Shown: positions 35,452 through 44,579, numbered from the stretch's first letter. The stretch is 64,000 nt of DNA from Eubacteriales bacterium (GCA_045643125.1 JAZUKE010000085.1:8992-72991), one strand, 5' to 3'. A program made the numbers and translations. Notes: generated from the sequence alone by a model not told the origin.

Positions 35452-37416
35452 TTATTTTTTGTCATTTCCGGGCATTATGCCGCTCGGAATGTTCTTGTTG
35501 CCGTTGTTGTCCTGATAAGAAGGATTGTTCTGAACGTGCTGTTTGTACTGTTCGACAAACGGGTTTTCTTCGTTCTTATTCTTTGCCGTGTCCGCTTTTT
35601 GCTTTGATTCGGCTTCCTTCCTTTCGGCTGCGGCTTTCTTGCCGCCGACTCCGACGCCGTACTTTCTTTCGCTTTCTTCAAGCGACTTCATACCGACTTC
35701 CTTCTGACGGCTCTTGATCTGACCTTCGGTCTCGTGCTTGGCGAGGTTGTATATGCCTCTTGCACCGCCGATGAACAGACCGCCCTTCTGCGACATATAG
35801 TTCTTGGCGTCCATCAGCTTGCCGCCGACGTATTTACCTGCGGAAACAACGCCCGTCATATTCGCCGCGGCGCTTACCGTGCTGCCTATCGCACCGGCTG
35901 TCCTGCTGAACGTCCTGCCCGCAAGTCCGCTCATATCGCCTGCGCGTACCGACGCATAGCCTGCGCTGTTGGCAAGTATGCCGGTGACGATCTCGCTGAA
36001 CTTATTTGCGGCTTCGATGGAACCGACAATAAGCAGCGCCTTGGCAAGAATGTTTGCCGTGGGCGATTCCGAAAGCAGTACGAGCTTGGTATCGAGGATC
36101 ACGGGAATGAATATCATAACGAGACGCATCGGGATGATGCACCCGAACACGCCGAACATCTGCACGACGGTGGAGGTTATCCACTGCTTGAATTTTTCGC
36201 CGTTGTCGAGCGGCGACGTTGCGATTATCGGCGGAGCTATGATATACAGACCTATGAGGTTGAACATACGCGCTATGCAGTTGAAAATACATATCGCAAG
36301 GTTTTTCATCGTAAAGTACGCCATAAGCACTATCGTGACGTACGATATGCCCGAAAGCCCTATGTTGAATGCGTCCTTTACCTGGTTTTTGTTATAAATC
36401 GACTGCTTTCCGTAATAGAACGGGCCTCTGACCGCGTCGGTTATCGCGGGGCTTTTGTTGTAGGAATTGTTCTTTGCCGCTTCAAGCGTACCCATAAGGA
36501 AGATCACTCTGTCGAGCGTACATTCATCCGACGCAGTACCCGACGAGGAGCCGTAATGGAGCGATATTTTCTCTATCGGCTTGAACGAAGCGTCCTTGCG
36601 GAGCAGTTCCATAAGCTCGAGCATCTTCGCGGACGTGTCGGTATAGGCGTCTATCTTCTGTTCCCTGTTCGGATCGCAGCTGCGGATGAGCGATTGGAGC
36701 GCCGACTGCCACGTTTCGCCGTTTTCGGTGTCATAATAGAAGTCGAATACTCCGTTTTGCTGAAGATAGAGCAGATCCTCCCTTATTTCGTTATAACAGC
36801 TGTTCAGATTGTATCGGCTGTTGTACGACGAGTTGAGCGAGTAGTTGCCTATCGTATTGTAGATACGCGCCATCGCGGCAAATTCAAGGTTGGTGAATTT
36901 ATGTTCTTTGTCGTATTCAAAGTTTCCGGCATTGTCGAAAATAAAGCTGACCTGCTGGATAAGCACGTTCGTTATGTTTATCGACGCCGCCATTATCGCG
37001 TTCATCAGAAGTATCGTGAGTATGTTCTTACCGGCGCTGACCAGCATCATACCGTAGGACTGCTGCTGTTTTCCGTTGATATCGGCGGCTTTCCGTATGA
37101 CTGCTATTATCAGCATCGCAAACGTAATGACTATCCCGATAAGCGCCATTCCCCAATATATATCGTTGATAAGCGAATTGCCGAAGAAAATATTTATGAG
37201 ATAATCCTTCTGACCGTTATAGGAAACCTTTTTTATACCGGCAAATACCGAAAAGAATTCGTAGACGAGCTTGACGATTTTACACAGTGCCGCAACTATG
37301 TCGTAGAAAAGGCTGCCGAAAAAGTTGCCTATGGCACCGTTTATGGCGCTTCCTATGGCATCGACTACGCCGTCGAGGAAGTCCATTATGCCGTCAAATA
37401 TTCCGCCTAACATCAT
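35452..37416 (-). CDS. Polytopic membrane protein (VirB6/TrbL-like role inferred)
   Basis: 654 aa with at least 6 hydrophobic segments and a Lys/Glu-rich C-terminal tail. It sits directly upstream of the VirB4-like gene, as VirB6 analogues do in Gram-positive T4SSs. Confidence 0.6.
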   Translation of the reverse strand: MMLGGIFDGIMDFLDGVVDAIGSAINGAIGNFFGSLFYDIVAALCKIVKLVYEFFSVFAGIKKVSYNGQKDYLINIFFGNSLINDIYWGMALIGIVITFAMLIIAVIRKAADINGKQQQSYGMMLVSAGKNILTILLMNAIMAASINITNVLIQQVSFIFDNAGNFEYDKEHKFTNLEFAAMARIYNTIGNYSLNSSYNSRYNLNSCYNEIREDLLYLQQNGVFDFYYDTENGETWQSALQSLIRSCDPNREQKIDAYTDTSAKMLELMELLRKDASFKPIEKISLHYGSSSGTASDECTLDRVIFLMGTLEAAKNNSYNKSPAITDAVRGPFYYGKQSIYNKNQVKDAFNIGLSGISYVTIVLMAYFTMKNLAICIFNCIARMFNLIGLYIIAPPIIATSPLDNGEKFKQWITSTVVQMFGVFGCIIPMRLVMIFIPVILDTKLVLLSESPTANILAKALLIVGSIEAANKFSEIVTGILANSAGYASVRAGDMSGLAGRTFSRTAGAIGSTVSAAANMTGVVSAGKYVGGKLMDAKNYMSQKGGLFIGGARGIYNLAKHETEGQIKSRQKEVGMKSLEESERKYGVGVGGKKAAAERKEAESKQKADTAKNKNEENPFVEQYKQHVQNNPSYQDNNGNKNIPSGIMPGNDKK

Positions 37417-37464
37417 TGTTTGTCACCTTGCTTTCTTTTGCAAATCCGCAAAAAAGTCGTTTGC

Positions 37465-38388
37465 TCATCTGATACGGTGTTTTTTTCTTGACATCACGAG
37501 ATACGCGATGAGTGCCGCTATAAGGGCGGCGACTATTACGATAAAAATGATACTGTTGAAATTGAAATAAATATCTATCACGAACGAATACACGGTCAGA
37601 TTTCCCGCGGCGTCGGCAACGGTTATTTCGTAACTGCCGTTCTGGATAAGTTCTTTTGAATACGGGATCTCGTTCCCGTTGAGCTTAATGAGTATCCTTG
37701 CGCCGTCTTCGAGGTCGGAGATATCGACTTTTCCCTTTGCGTGACCGTCGATGACGTTTTCGAGTTTAAGTACGGGCGGCGTATGATCGACCGTAAACTG
37801 CACCGAATAGACCATATCGGTGTTTATACATCTGTACTCGATGGTATAATCGCCCTCTTTTTCGGTCCCTGCCGTTCTGCCGCTGAAAGTGACATATTCG
37901 CCGTTGTAAAGCACGGACGCTATTTCAAATCCGTTCGGCACGGTATAATCGTAAATCAGCCCCGTTCTTTTGCCGAGTATCGTAAAGCGGATCTGCTTCT
38001 GCGCGTCGTCGTTGAACATAATGACGTAGCTGCCCGCCGCGGATATCGACGTCGTGTCGTTGTTGATGAGTTCCTTGCTGTCGCGGTAGATCTTTGCTTT
38101 AAGTCCTTCGTCGAACGAAACGGAAACCGTCTGCGTGGTGGCGATATCAGCCGGCACGTTAAGGTATACCTTTCCTTCGGCGAAGTCGTAAACGTAAGCC
38201 TTTTTAATTCTGTCGTAATAAACGTCCGCGTACACGCGCACAAGCTCGTCGTCGTTCCCGCTTTTTCCTTTCGGCTCTCCCGTTCTGTCGTCAAGCTCGC
38301 CCTCGTAATCCATATCCGCGGCGGAAACGGCAAGCGGAAACGCGAACATCAGCAAAATCAATGCAAACGCGATGATCCTATTTCTCAT
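37465..38388 (-). CDS. Secreted protein with a C-terminal TM anchor, unknown function
   Basis: 307 aa. Signal peptide (IIAFALILLMFAFPLAVSA), a beta-rich ectodomain, and a C-terminal helix IIFIVIVAALIAALIAYLV followed by RKKHRIR. Confidence 0.65.
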   Translation of the reverse strand: MRNRIIAFALILLMFAFPLAVSAADMDYEGELDDRTGEPKGKSGNDDELVRVYADVYYDRIKKAYVYDFAEGKVYLNVPADIATTQTVSVSFDEGLKAKIYRDSKELINNDTTSISAAGSYVIMFNDDAQKQIRFTILGKRTGLIYDYTVPNGFEIASVLYNGEYVTFSGRTAGTEKEGDYTIEYRCINTDMVYSVQFTVDHTPPVLKLENVIDGHAKGKVDISDLEDGARILIKLNGNEIPYSKELIQNGSYEITVADAAGNLTVYSFVIDIYFNFNSIIFIVIVAALIAALIAYLVMSRKKHRIR

Positions 38389-38410
38389 AATATCCGCTCC
38401 TTTCCGTTAT

Positions 38411-40423
38411 TCAGCCGCCGACGACAAGACTGTTTCTCTTGTTGATGTCATAGAACACATCATCCGCGCGGAAAACGTGCGAACGGAATTCTTCCATATC
38501 CATTTTGCCGAATTTATAGTATTTGCATCTGTACGACGGGGTATATTTCGTTTTCAGCGGGTAGTTGCCGAACGTGACTATGATGGCGTTGCCCGTGGAT
38601 TCCTTGTTGTTGAGCTTCTGCAGTTCGGACGGGTAGATGAGCGGACGTGTCTGAAGCTGATTGGAGATATTGACGTCGCCCTCTTTGGAGCCGGTGCTTG
38701 ACGAAGTGCTGGTCGTCCTTACGGTCTTGTTGCCGCAAAGCTCGGAAAACTCCTTGCACGTTCCTATATCGTTGGAGCCGATGAACATTTTCATCGCGCA
38801 GTTGGATTTTACGACGTCAGCCACGCCTTCGCCGTAAATATTGTTGAGCTGCGCGTAGCTTTGTACGACCATATTGAACCATATCTTGCGGCTTCTGCCG
38901 ACGGTTATCATCTTGTCGAATTTTTCGATCTTGGGCATATTGCCGAATTCATCCATTATGAAATAGACGTTGCGCGGAAGCGAAAGATCTTCCCTCGAAG
39001 ACGCGACTTTGATGAGCGCTTTATACATACTCAGAACGAACAGCGACGCGAGTCCGTGACGGGTGTCCTTTTCGTCGGGTATTTTGAGGAAAAGCACGGT
39101 CGGACGGTCGGCAAACTGTTCGGCGTGGATATCGGTCGCGGAGGTGAGCCCGCATATACCGCGGTCGTTGAACAGATTCATCTTGTCGAACGTTATCGAC
39201 ATATAGCTCGAAAGCGTCTGCTCGGCAGATGCAAGCACCTGACGCGAAAGCGTGACCGCCTGCGACAGCGGGCTTCTGCCGGCAAAGTAATTTTTGAGGG
39301 CTTTATAGTTGTTTTCGCTGTTGGTAAGTATCTTGTTGAGGTTGAAGAAATTGAATTTTTCCTTTGTCATTTCAAGACGCGGGTCTTCGCTGTCTTCAAG
39401 CATCGCAAGGCAGGTGGCAAGCACGATGGAGCGTGCACCTTTTTCCCAAAGCGGATCTTTTTCGTTGGTTATGGGGCATATACCGGAAACGAGGTCGTTC
39501 AGATCCTCGAACATTTCGTCGTATATCTTCTGTTTTGCAACGGCAACGTCGTCCTGACAATGGTGCAGGTCGGCGTAGGCTTTGCCGTTCCATTCGCACC
39601 AGAGGCTTCCGCTTTCGCACACGCCGTCGACTTTTTTCAGATCGGGATAATTGTCCATAGGATCGCGGTGCGCGACGATGCCGCTGCCCGCTTTGAGGTA
39701 TTCGCGGTACATATCCCATATCGGCTCAAGCGGATTCCAGCGCGAAGACGAATAGGTGTCGCGCAGGTCGAGGACGAGTACGTCGTAGCCGCGTTCCTTG
39801 AGGTATTTGGAGTGCAACTCAAAAAGCTCGCCCTTCGGGTCGGTGATTATCATACTCGATCCGCAGTTGGTGGCAGCGAGAAGCTGTATCATCGGGTTGA
39901 TGAAGGTAGTCGTTTTGCCGGAGCCGGTGGAGCCGATGACGAGCGAATGTGCGCCCGACATAAAGTTGACCTTGAGTTTGCCTTTGTTGTCCACGAGTGC
40001 GCGTACCGGGATGCCGTCCTTTTTCACTCCGGCAAGTCCTTCGTACATTACGGGCGCAAAGTTGGAATCTCTTTCTTTTTCAGTCATAAAACGGCTGTTT
40101 TCGAGCACGCTCGCATCGACGTCGCCGCCCTTATCGCCTCTTGAAAAGATGCCGTCGCCGAAATTGAGGTTCATCCCGGAGCTTATCCAATAAAGGACGA
40201 TTCCGATGATGACCGCGGCAAGTCCGACCAAAAGAGTTCTCGGTTCAAGCAGGTAAGCGGGATTGAGCGCAAAGCCGTTGCCCCTGATTATATCTCCGAC
40301 GCCGGAAAGTATGCTGACTATGAGAAAGCCTATGAGCAGTGAACCGACAAGGATAATGAAGGCATAAAGCACCCAGAGCCATTTTGATTTTCCTTTCATT
40401 TTTCCCGTGAGATGACCGAACAT
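38411..40423 (-). CDS. Type IV coupling protein (VirD4/TraG family)
   Basis: 670 aa. Two N-terminal TM helices, Walker A LVIGSTGSGKTTT, Walker B YFIMDEFGNM, then GRSRKIWFNMVVQSYAQL. Confidence 0.9.
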   Translation of the reverse strand: MFGHLTGKMKGKSKWLWVLYAFIILVGSLLIGFLIVSILSGVGDIIRGNGFALNPAYLLEPRTLLVGLAAVIIGIVLYWISSGMNLNFGDGIFSRGDKGGDVDASVLENSRFMTEKERDSNFAPVMYEGLAGVKKDGIPVRALVDNKGKLKVNFMSGAHSLVIGSTGSGKTTTFINPMIQLLAATNCGSSMIITDPKGELFELHSKYLKERGYDVLVLDLRDTYSSSRWNPLEPIWDMYREYLKAGSGIVAHRDPMDNYPDLKKVDGVCESGSLWCEWNGKAYADLHHCQDDVAVAKQKIYDEMFEDLNDLVSGICPITNEKDPLWEKGARSIVLATCLAMLEDSEDPRLEMTKEKFNFFNLNKILTNSENNYKALKNYFAGRSPLSQAVTLSRQVLASAEQTLSSYMSITFDKMNLFNDRGICGLTSATDIHAEQFADRPTVLFLKIPDEKDTRHGLASLFVLSMYKALIKVASSREDLSLPRNVYFIMDEFGNMPKIEKFDKMITVGRSRKIWFNMVVQSYAQLNNIYGEGVADVVKSNCAMKMFIGSNDIGTCKEFSELCGNKTVRTTSTSSSTGSKEGDVNISNQLQTRPLIYPSELQKLNNKESTGNAIIVTFGNYPLKTKYTPSYRCKYYKFGKMDMEEFRSHVFRADDVFYDINKRNSLVVGG

Positions 40424-40461
40424 ATTGCTCCCTCTCTTTCCTTATATATAAAAAGTCTTTA

Positions 40462-41982
40462 TCAGTTGTCGAAAACGGTTTTTGACGAATTCGTGACCGT
40501 TGTGAAATCGTACCAGTTTTCGCCTTTTTTGACGTAGTTTTCGGTGTTTGAATAGTCGCTTACGGAATTCGGTACCACGGCAAGGTACGGATCCGTTTCG
40601 CTTGCCGTCAGTTTTCCGTAAGACGCGAAAGCCCTCCACGGGATCTCCTGTGCCGTGAAGTTGCCGTCGTACAATTCGCCGTATCCGAGGATGCACGTCC
40701 CGTGATTATCAAATACAGCCGAGCCCATATAAAGTCCGCCGGGTATGAGGATATAACCTTCGTTGTAGCAGGTTGTGCCTTTTTCGAGCTTGAAAACGGC
40801 GTTTTTATCGTGCAGCGCCAGCTTTGCACCGGATTTGACGACGATGCAGCCTTCGCCCTTGAGGGTGACTTTTTTGACCTTCGTGCCGCCTTTGCCGTCG
40901 GAAACGCGCGTTTCCTTTATGTACTCGGAATCGCAGCCCCTGCAGTAGATCGAGCCGCTGCCGGACGTTTTGTATTCCGTCGAAATAACGGAAGCGTTTT
41001 CCTGAAGCAGCAGCGTGCCGTAATTATATATCGTTCCGTTGTTGATAAGACGTCCTTCGACCGAAACGACTGCGCCGGGTTCGATTATGAACTCCGTGCC
41101 TTCAAGTATAACGGAGCCGTCCGGGATGATGAACACGTCGCCGTCCTTTGCGGTGTAACGTTCTCCGGCTCCGCCGTAGGTTTTCCATGTTTCTTCCCTG
41201 CTGTACCAGATACGCGAGGAAAGAGCGTAATCGGCAAGCTTGCCCATATCGTAAAACGACAGCGGTGCAAATATTTTTTTGCCTTCTCCGCTTTCGCCGA
41301 AAGCAAGCGCGGTGTTTTTCGTTTTGAAGCAGAAGCAGAACTCATAAGGACGCATTTTCACTTTTCCTCCGATGTTCTGCGGATACCAATATTCGGTATG
41401 GCCGAAAACCAGCATATTGACGTCGTTTGCGGCGGTTTTTGTAACGGATCCGTAAAACGGAGGATTTGCCGCATCCGCTTTGTCGGTCGAATAAACGTAA
41501 TTCCCCTCGCTGTTTACAAGACGGTATTCGTAAAAGCCGTCGCCGCCCCAATTGTTTTTCGTTTTGGTCGTCTGAAGCGTGAACGACGATATTTTTTCCA
41601 ATGTGCAGAACGGTTCGCGGAGCTGATTTTTTGCGTCATCGCTGCTATTGTAGCATACCTTTGCAAAGTCCCCTCCCAAAGCCACGGTTTCGGCATTGTC
41701 GAGAGCGGAACGGAACGTATAGGGATAATAACTGTCAGCGGTTTTATAAACCGGAATTATGCCGTACGATACACTGTGCCAATTATTATCGCGTGCGACC
41801 GTGTTGAGCTGCATCTCGCGTTTCAGACGATCCCAGCTGTAAACGGTGATCGTTCCTTCGGAATTTTCTCCGCCTTCCGTTCTTGCTTCAAAGCCCGGAA
41901 GCATAATAAAGGACGCAAGAATAAAAACCGTGAGCGTAAGAACACGGATCGTATTGAATATTGCTTTTTTTGACATTTTCAT
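40462..41982 (-). CDS. Secreted protein with a beta-helix-like C-terminal region, unknown function
   Basis: I take the start at MKMSKKAIFNTIRVLTLTVFILASF (after AAGGA). The C-terminal half has repeated xGxIxNxGxL-type motifs. Confidence 0.6.
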   Translation of the reverse strand: MKMSKKAIFNTIRVLTLTVFILASFIMLPGFEARTEGGENSEGTITVYSWDRLKREMQLNTVARDNNWHSVSYGIIPVYKTADSYYPYTFRSALDNAETVALGGDFAKVCYNSSDDAKNQLREPFCTLEKISSFTLQTTKTKNNWGGDGFYEYRLVNSEGNYVYSTDKADAANPPFYGSVTKTAANDVNMLVFGHTEYWYPQNIGGKVKMRPYEFCFCFKTKNTALAFGESGEGKKIFAPLSFYDMGKLADYALSSRIWYSREETWKTYGGAGERYTAKDGDVFIIPDGSVILEGTEFIIEPGAVVSVEGRLINNGTIYNYGTLLLQENASVISTEYKTSGSGSIYCRGCDSEYIKETRVSDGKGGTKVKKVTLKGEGCIVVKSGAKLALHDKNAVFKLEKGTTCYNEGYILIPGGLYMGSAVFDNHGTCILGYGELYDGNFTAQEIPWRAFASYGKLTASETDPYLAVVPNSVSDYSNTENYVKKGENWYDFTTVTNSSKTVFDN

Positions 41983-42109
41983 ATCGGTTTCATCCTTTCG
42001 GCGTAAAATTCCGGGCAATGTATGTTTGCTTTCAAAAACGTTCGCTTATTTCTTCTGCTTTTTCTCCCGTTTTCCGTTTTCCATTTCAACGATTTCCGTT
42101 TTTGAAACG

Positions 42110-42367
42110 GCTCTTCCGCCTGAAAAACTCCTTTAAGTCGAGCGGACGCGAGTCCTCGCGCCGACCAAGCGAGCGTAACGGAATGAAGCGAAGCGCGATA
42201 AGCGCGAGAAAACCACTTACAAAACGCAGTTTTGCAAGTCCATTCTAATAAATCCTGTTTTTCGGGCAGCTCTGCCGCCTGAAAAACTCCTTCAAGACGA
42301 GCGGACGCGAGTCCTCGCGCCGACCAAGCAAGCGGAATGGAATGGAGCGAAGCGCGATAAGCGCGAG
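42110..42367. repeat. Two 99-nt direct repeats (about 90% identity, 159-bp period) inside the 476-bp gap after the pilin-like gene
   Basis: Copy 1 at 42110-42208 and copy 2 at 42269-42367. Each contains the GCGAG-ga-CTCGC and GCGCGATAAGCGCG palindromes. Confidence 0.85.
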
Positions 42368-42494
42368 GAAATCCCAAATCAAGGACTGCGGAACGCTGTC
42401 CTTGATTTGTGTGAAATAAAGCCCATCAGCCCTCACTGAAAACGGATAAATATCCATCGTCATAAGGGCTGACGGAGTTATTGCTTTTTTGTTA

Positions 42495-42875
42495 TCAGAG
42501 TGAAAGATCGGTGGAAACGGTATTCTTGTTTTCGTTGACCCAATCGACCATAGTGGGCATAAGAAGGTCGAGAACGAGGATGAGAACGAAGATAAGTACG
42601 AAACCGATTATGGCGTTTTTAAGGTGAGCTTTTGCTTTTTCACGGTCCTGGGGTTCTTCGGCTTTTGCATACTTAACGCCGAGAAGCACGCAGTAAAGAG
42701 CGCCGGCGGCACCGACGATGGCAAGAAGCGGAGTCATAAGGTCTTCAAGAAGCTCAACAATGGGTTTTACAACGTCATTGAAGCCTGCTGCCGATGCGTT
42801 TACGGACATTGCCGCAGCGATCATCATAACGACCGCGAACACGGAGCAGATTCGTTTTTCATTGATACGTTTCAT
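42495..42875 (-). CDS. VirB2/TrbC-like pilin-type protein
   Basis: 126 aa. Signal peptide ending VNASA, then two hydrophobic helices separated by a charged loop (KYAKAEEPQDREKAKAHLKN). This is the VirB2/TrbC topology and size. Confidence 0.65.
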   Translation of the reverse strand: MKRINEKRICSVFAVVMMIAAAMSVNASAAGFNDVVKPIVELLEDLMTPLLAIVGAAGALYCVLLGVKYAKAEEPQDREKAKAHLKNAIIGFVLIFVLILVLDLLMPTMVDWVNENKNTVSTDLSL

Positions 42876-42929
42876 AATGTTCCTCCAATATGAATAGTTT
42901 TGTTTATTTTCACCTTTTTAGGCTGAAAA

Positions 42930-43400
42930 TCAGATTGATAAACCGGGACGCTTGGCTGTCGGTATCTCGACGGCGGGATCGTCCGGCATAGTTTTTTCGA
43001 CCGAACGTTCGGGCGATCTTTTTTCGTCGATCGACGGAGAAACGCCGAATTTTTTGATGAAATCGCCGTTTTTGAGTTCGTGTACGAGTTCGTCGCCGCT
43101 CTTTTCGACTTCCTCACGGAATTTCGGCACGGAAGAGAGCTGTTTCGTCATTGCCGAAGCGCTGACGCCTTTAGGCGGCTTGGTGTTTATCATCATACGC
43201 CCGACCACGCTTTCCGCCGCAAGCTCTATCTTCTTTGACTGCGTAAGTCCGCCTTCGGAAAGGAGTTTTTCGGCTTCCCTGCCGTTGGTGATGGCGTTCG
43301 CACGCACGACCATCGTTTCGACAAATTCTTCGGATACGTTCGGCTCGTCGAGCGCTTCCGACATTTTCTGCTTTATTTCTGCGTTTGTCAGTTCTCCCAT
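42930..43400 (-). CDS. Soluble hypothetical protein coupled to the ECF sigma gene
   Basis: 156 aa with no TM helix. The ATG lies 2 nt after the sigma stop. An anti-sigma role is possible but unsupported. Confidence 0.55.
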   Translation of the reverse strand: MGELTNAEIKQKMSEALDEPNVSEEFVETMVVRANAITNGREAEKLLSEGGLTQSKKIELAAESVVGRMMINTKPPKGVSASAMTKQLSSVPKFREEVEKSGDELVHELKNGDFIKKFGVSPSIDEKRSPERSVEKTMPDDPAVEIPTAKRPGLSI

Positions 43401-43402
43401 AT

Positions 43403-43870
43403 TCAGTTCTCCAAGTAGCTTTTCAGATTTTCACGCGCACGCGCCAAAGTCACGGCAACGGTACTTTTGTTTTTGCCGAGTACGGACGCTATTTCGTTTA
43501 TCGAAAGCTCCTGCATATAGAAAAGCGTAATGACTTCTTTCTGATGAGCGGGCAGTCTTTTTATCGCCTCGCGGAGATCGAGTATCTCATCGGTATCCGC
43601 TCCCGACGTGTCCTCGCCGAGGATCTCTTCGTTGATCTCTTCGGCGTTGGTCTTGCCGGATAAGATATCCTTTGCCTCGTTCACCGTCACGCGGATGAGC
43701 CACGCACGGCGATGCTCCTCACTCTCGAATTCGCGCTCTTTTTTGAAATATGTAAGGAATGCTTCCGACACCGCATCCTCGGCATCGTACTGATTGCGAA
43801 GATAACGGTATGCGATCTTATACATCATATCGGAGTAAGCGCGCACTGTTTCTTCGCTGTTCATACTCAA
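43403..43870 (-). CDS. RNA polymerase ECF-type sigma-70 family factor (first gene of the T4SS-like array)
   Basis: 155 aa. Region 2 (MYKIAYRYLRNQYDAEDAVSEAF) and region 4 HTH (ITLFYMQELSINEIASVLGKNKSTVAVTLARAR). Confidence 0.85.
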   Translation of the reverse strand: MSMNSEETVRAYSDMMYKIAYRYLRNQYDAEDAVSEAFLTYFKKEREFESEEHRRAWLIRVTVNEAKDILSGKTNAEEINEEILGEDTSGADTDEILDLREAIKRLPAHQKEVITLFYMQELSINEIASVLGKNKSTVAVTLARARENLKSYLEN

Positions 43871-43959
43871 TACCTCTGAAATGTCGGAAATATTACATCG
43901 CGTGGGAAAGTTTTTTCTGATAAAACGCAGAACATAAGCATAGCATTATATTCTGTATT

Positions 43960-43988
43960 ATAATATCACAATATAACTGAATAGTCAA
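43960..43988 (-). promoter_or_regulatory. Sigma-A-type promoter candidate for the sigma/T4SS-like array
   Basis: On the minus strand: TTGACT (43988-43983), 17 nt, TATTAT (43965-43960), about 90 nt upstream of the sigma ATG. Confidence 0.5.
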
Positions 43989-44040
43989 TGATTTTTTTGC
44001 TCAATGCCTTGATTTTATTGACCAAAATGTGGAAAAACGG

Positions 44041-44081
44041 CAAAAGAAGAAATCTGCCGAAAGGCGAAAACCTTTCGGCAG
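44041..44081 (-). terminator. Rho-independent terminator after msrA
   Basis: On the minus strand: CTGCCGAAAGG-ttttcg-CCTTTCGGCAG followed by ATTTCTTCTTTTG. Confidence 0.8.
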
Positions 44082-44093
44082 TTGTCTTTAATA

Positions 44094-44579
44094 TTACCTT
44101 CGTCCGGAATCTTTCAGTTCCTTTTCAAACTCTTCCGGATTTTTGAGATAGTAGTCCTGATGATACTCTTCTGCTTCGTAAAACGAAACGAAATCCTCGA
44201 CCGAAACGAACGCTTCGGCACCGGAAATCTCTTTGATACGGCGCAGTTTTTCGTTCACGGTCATTTTCTCGTCCTCGCTGCCGCAGTACACGGCAAGTGT
44301 GTACGATCTTCCGCGGTCGATATACTGTCCGCCGTCGTCCGTCACGTCTACCGAATCAAGGAACGTATCGACAAGAGAAGCAAAGTCGATTTTGTCTTCG
44401 TCGTACGTCACGCAGATGGTCTCGCGGTGGAGAGTCGATTGCGACTTGACCTTTTCATAGACCGCGTCCTCGCGGCATCCGCCGGAATACCCGCATCTGA
44501 CGGAGACAACTCCGTCTTTTTCGGCAAAGACGGGAGTTATGCACCAGAAGCAGCCGCCTGCGAAATAGGCGTTTTTCAT
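44094..44579 (-). CDS. msrA: Peptide-methionine (S)-S-oxide reductase
   Basis: 161 aa with the AYFAGGCFWC active-site motif. Confidence 0.9.
   Translation of the reverse strand: MKNAYFAGGCFWCITPVFAEKDGVVSVRCGYSGGCREDAVYEKVKSQSTLHRETICVTYDEDKIDFASLVDTFLDSVDVTDDGGQYIDRGRSYTLAVYCGSEDEKMTVNEKLRRIKEISGAEAFVSVEDFVSFYEAEEYHQDYYLKNPEEFEKELKDSGRR

Noticed and set aside
41979-42377. 132-aa ORF with an internal duplicated peptide (RAYRASLHS..LAWSARGLASARL).
   Set aside because: The duplication is the 99-nt DNA repeat read through. There is no RBS, and the ORF overlaps the start of the downstream gene. I treat it as non-coding structured DNA or RNA.
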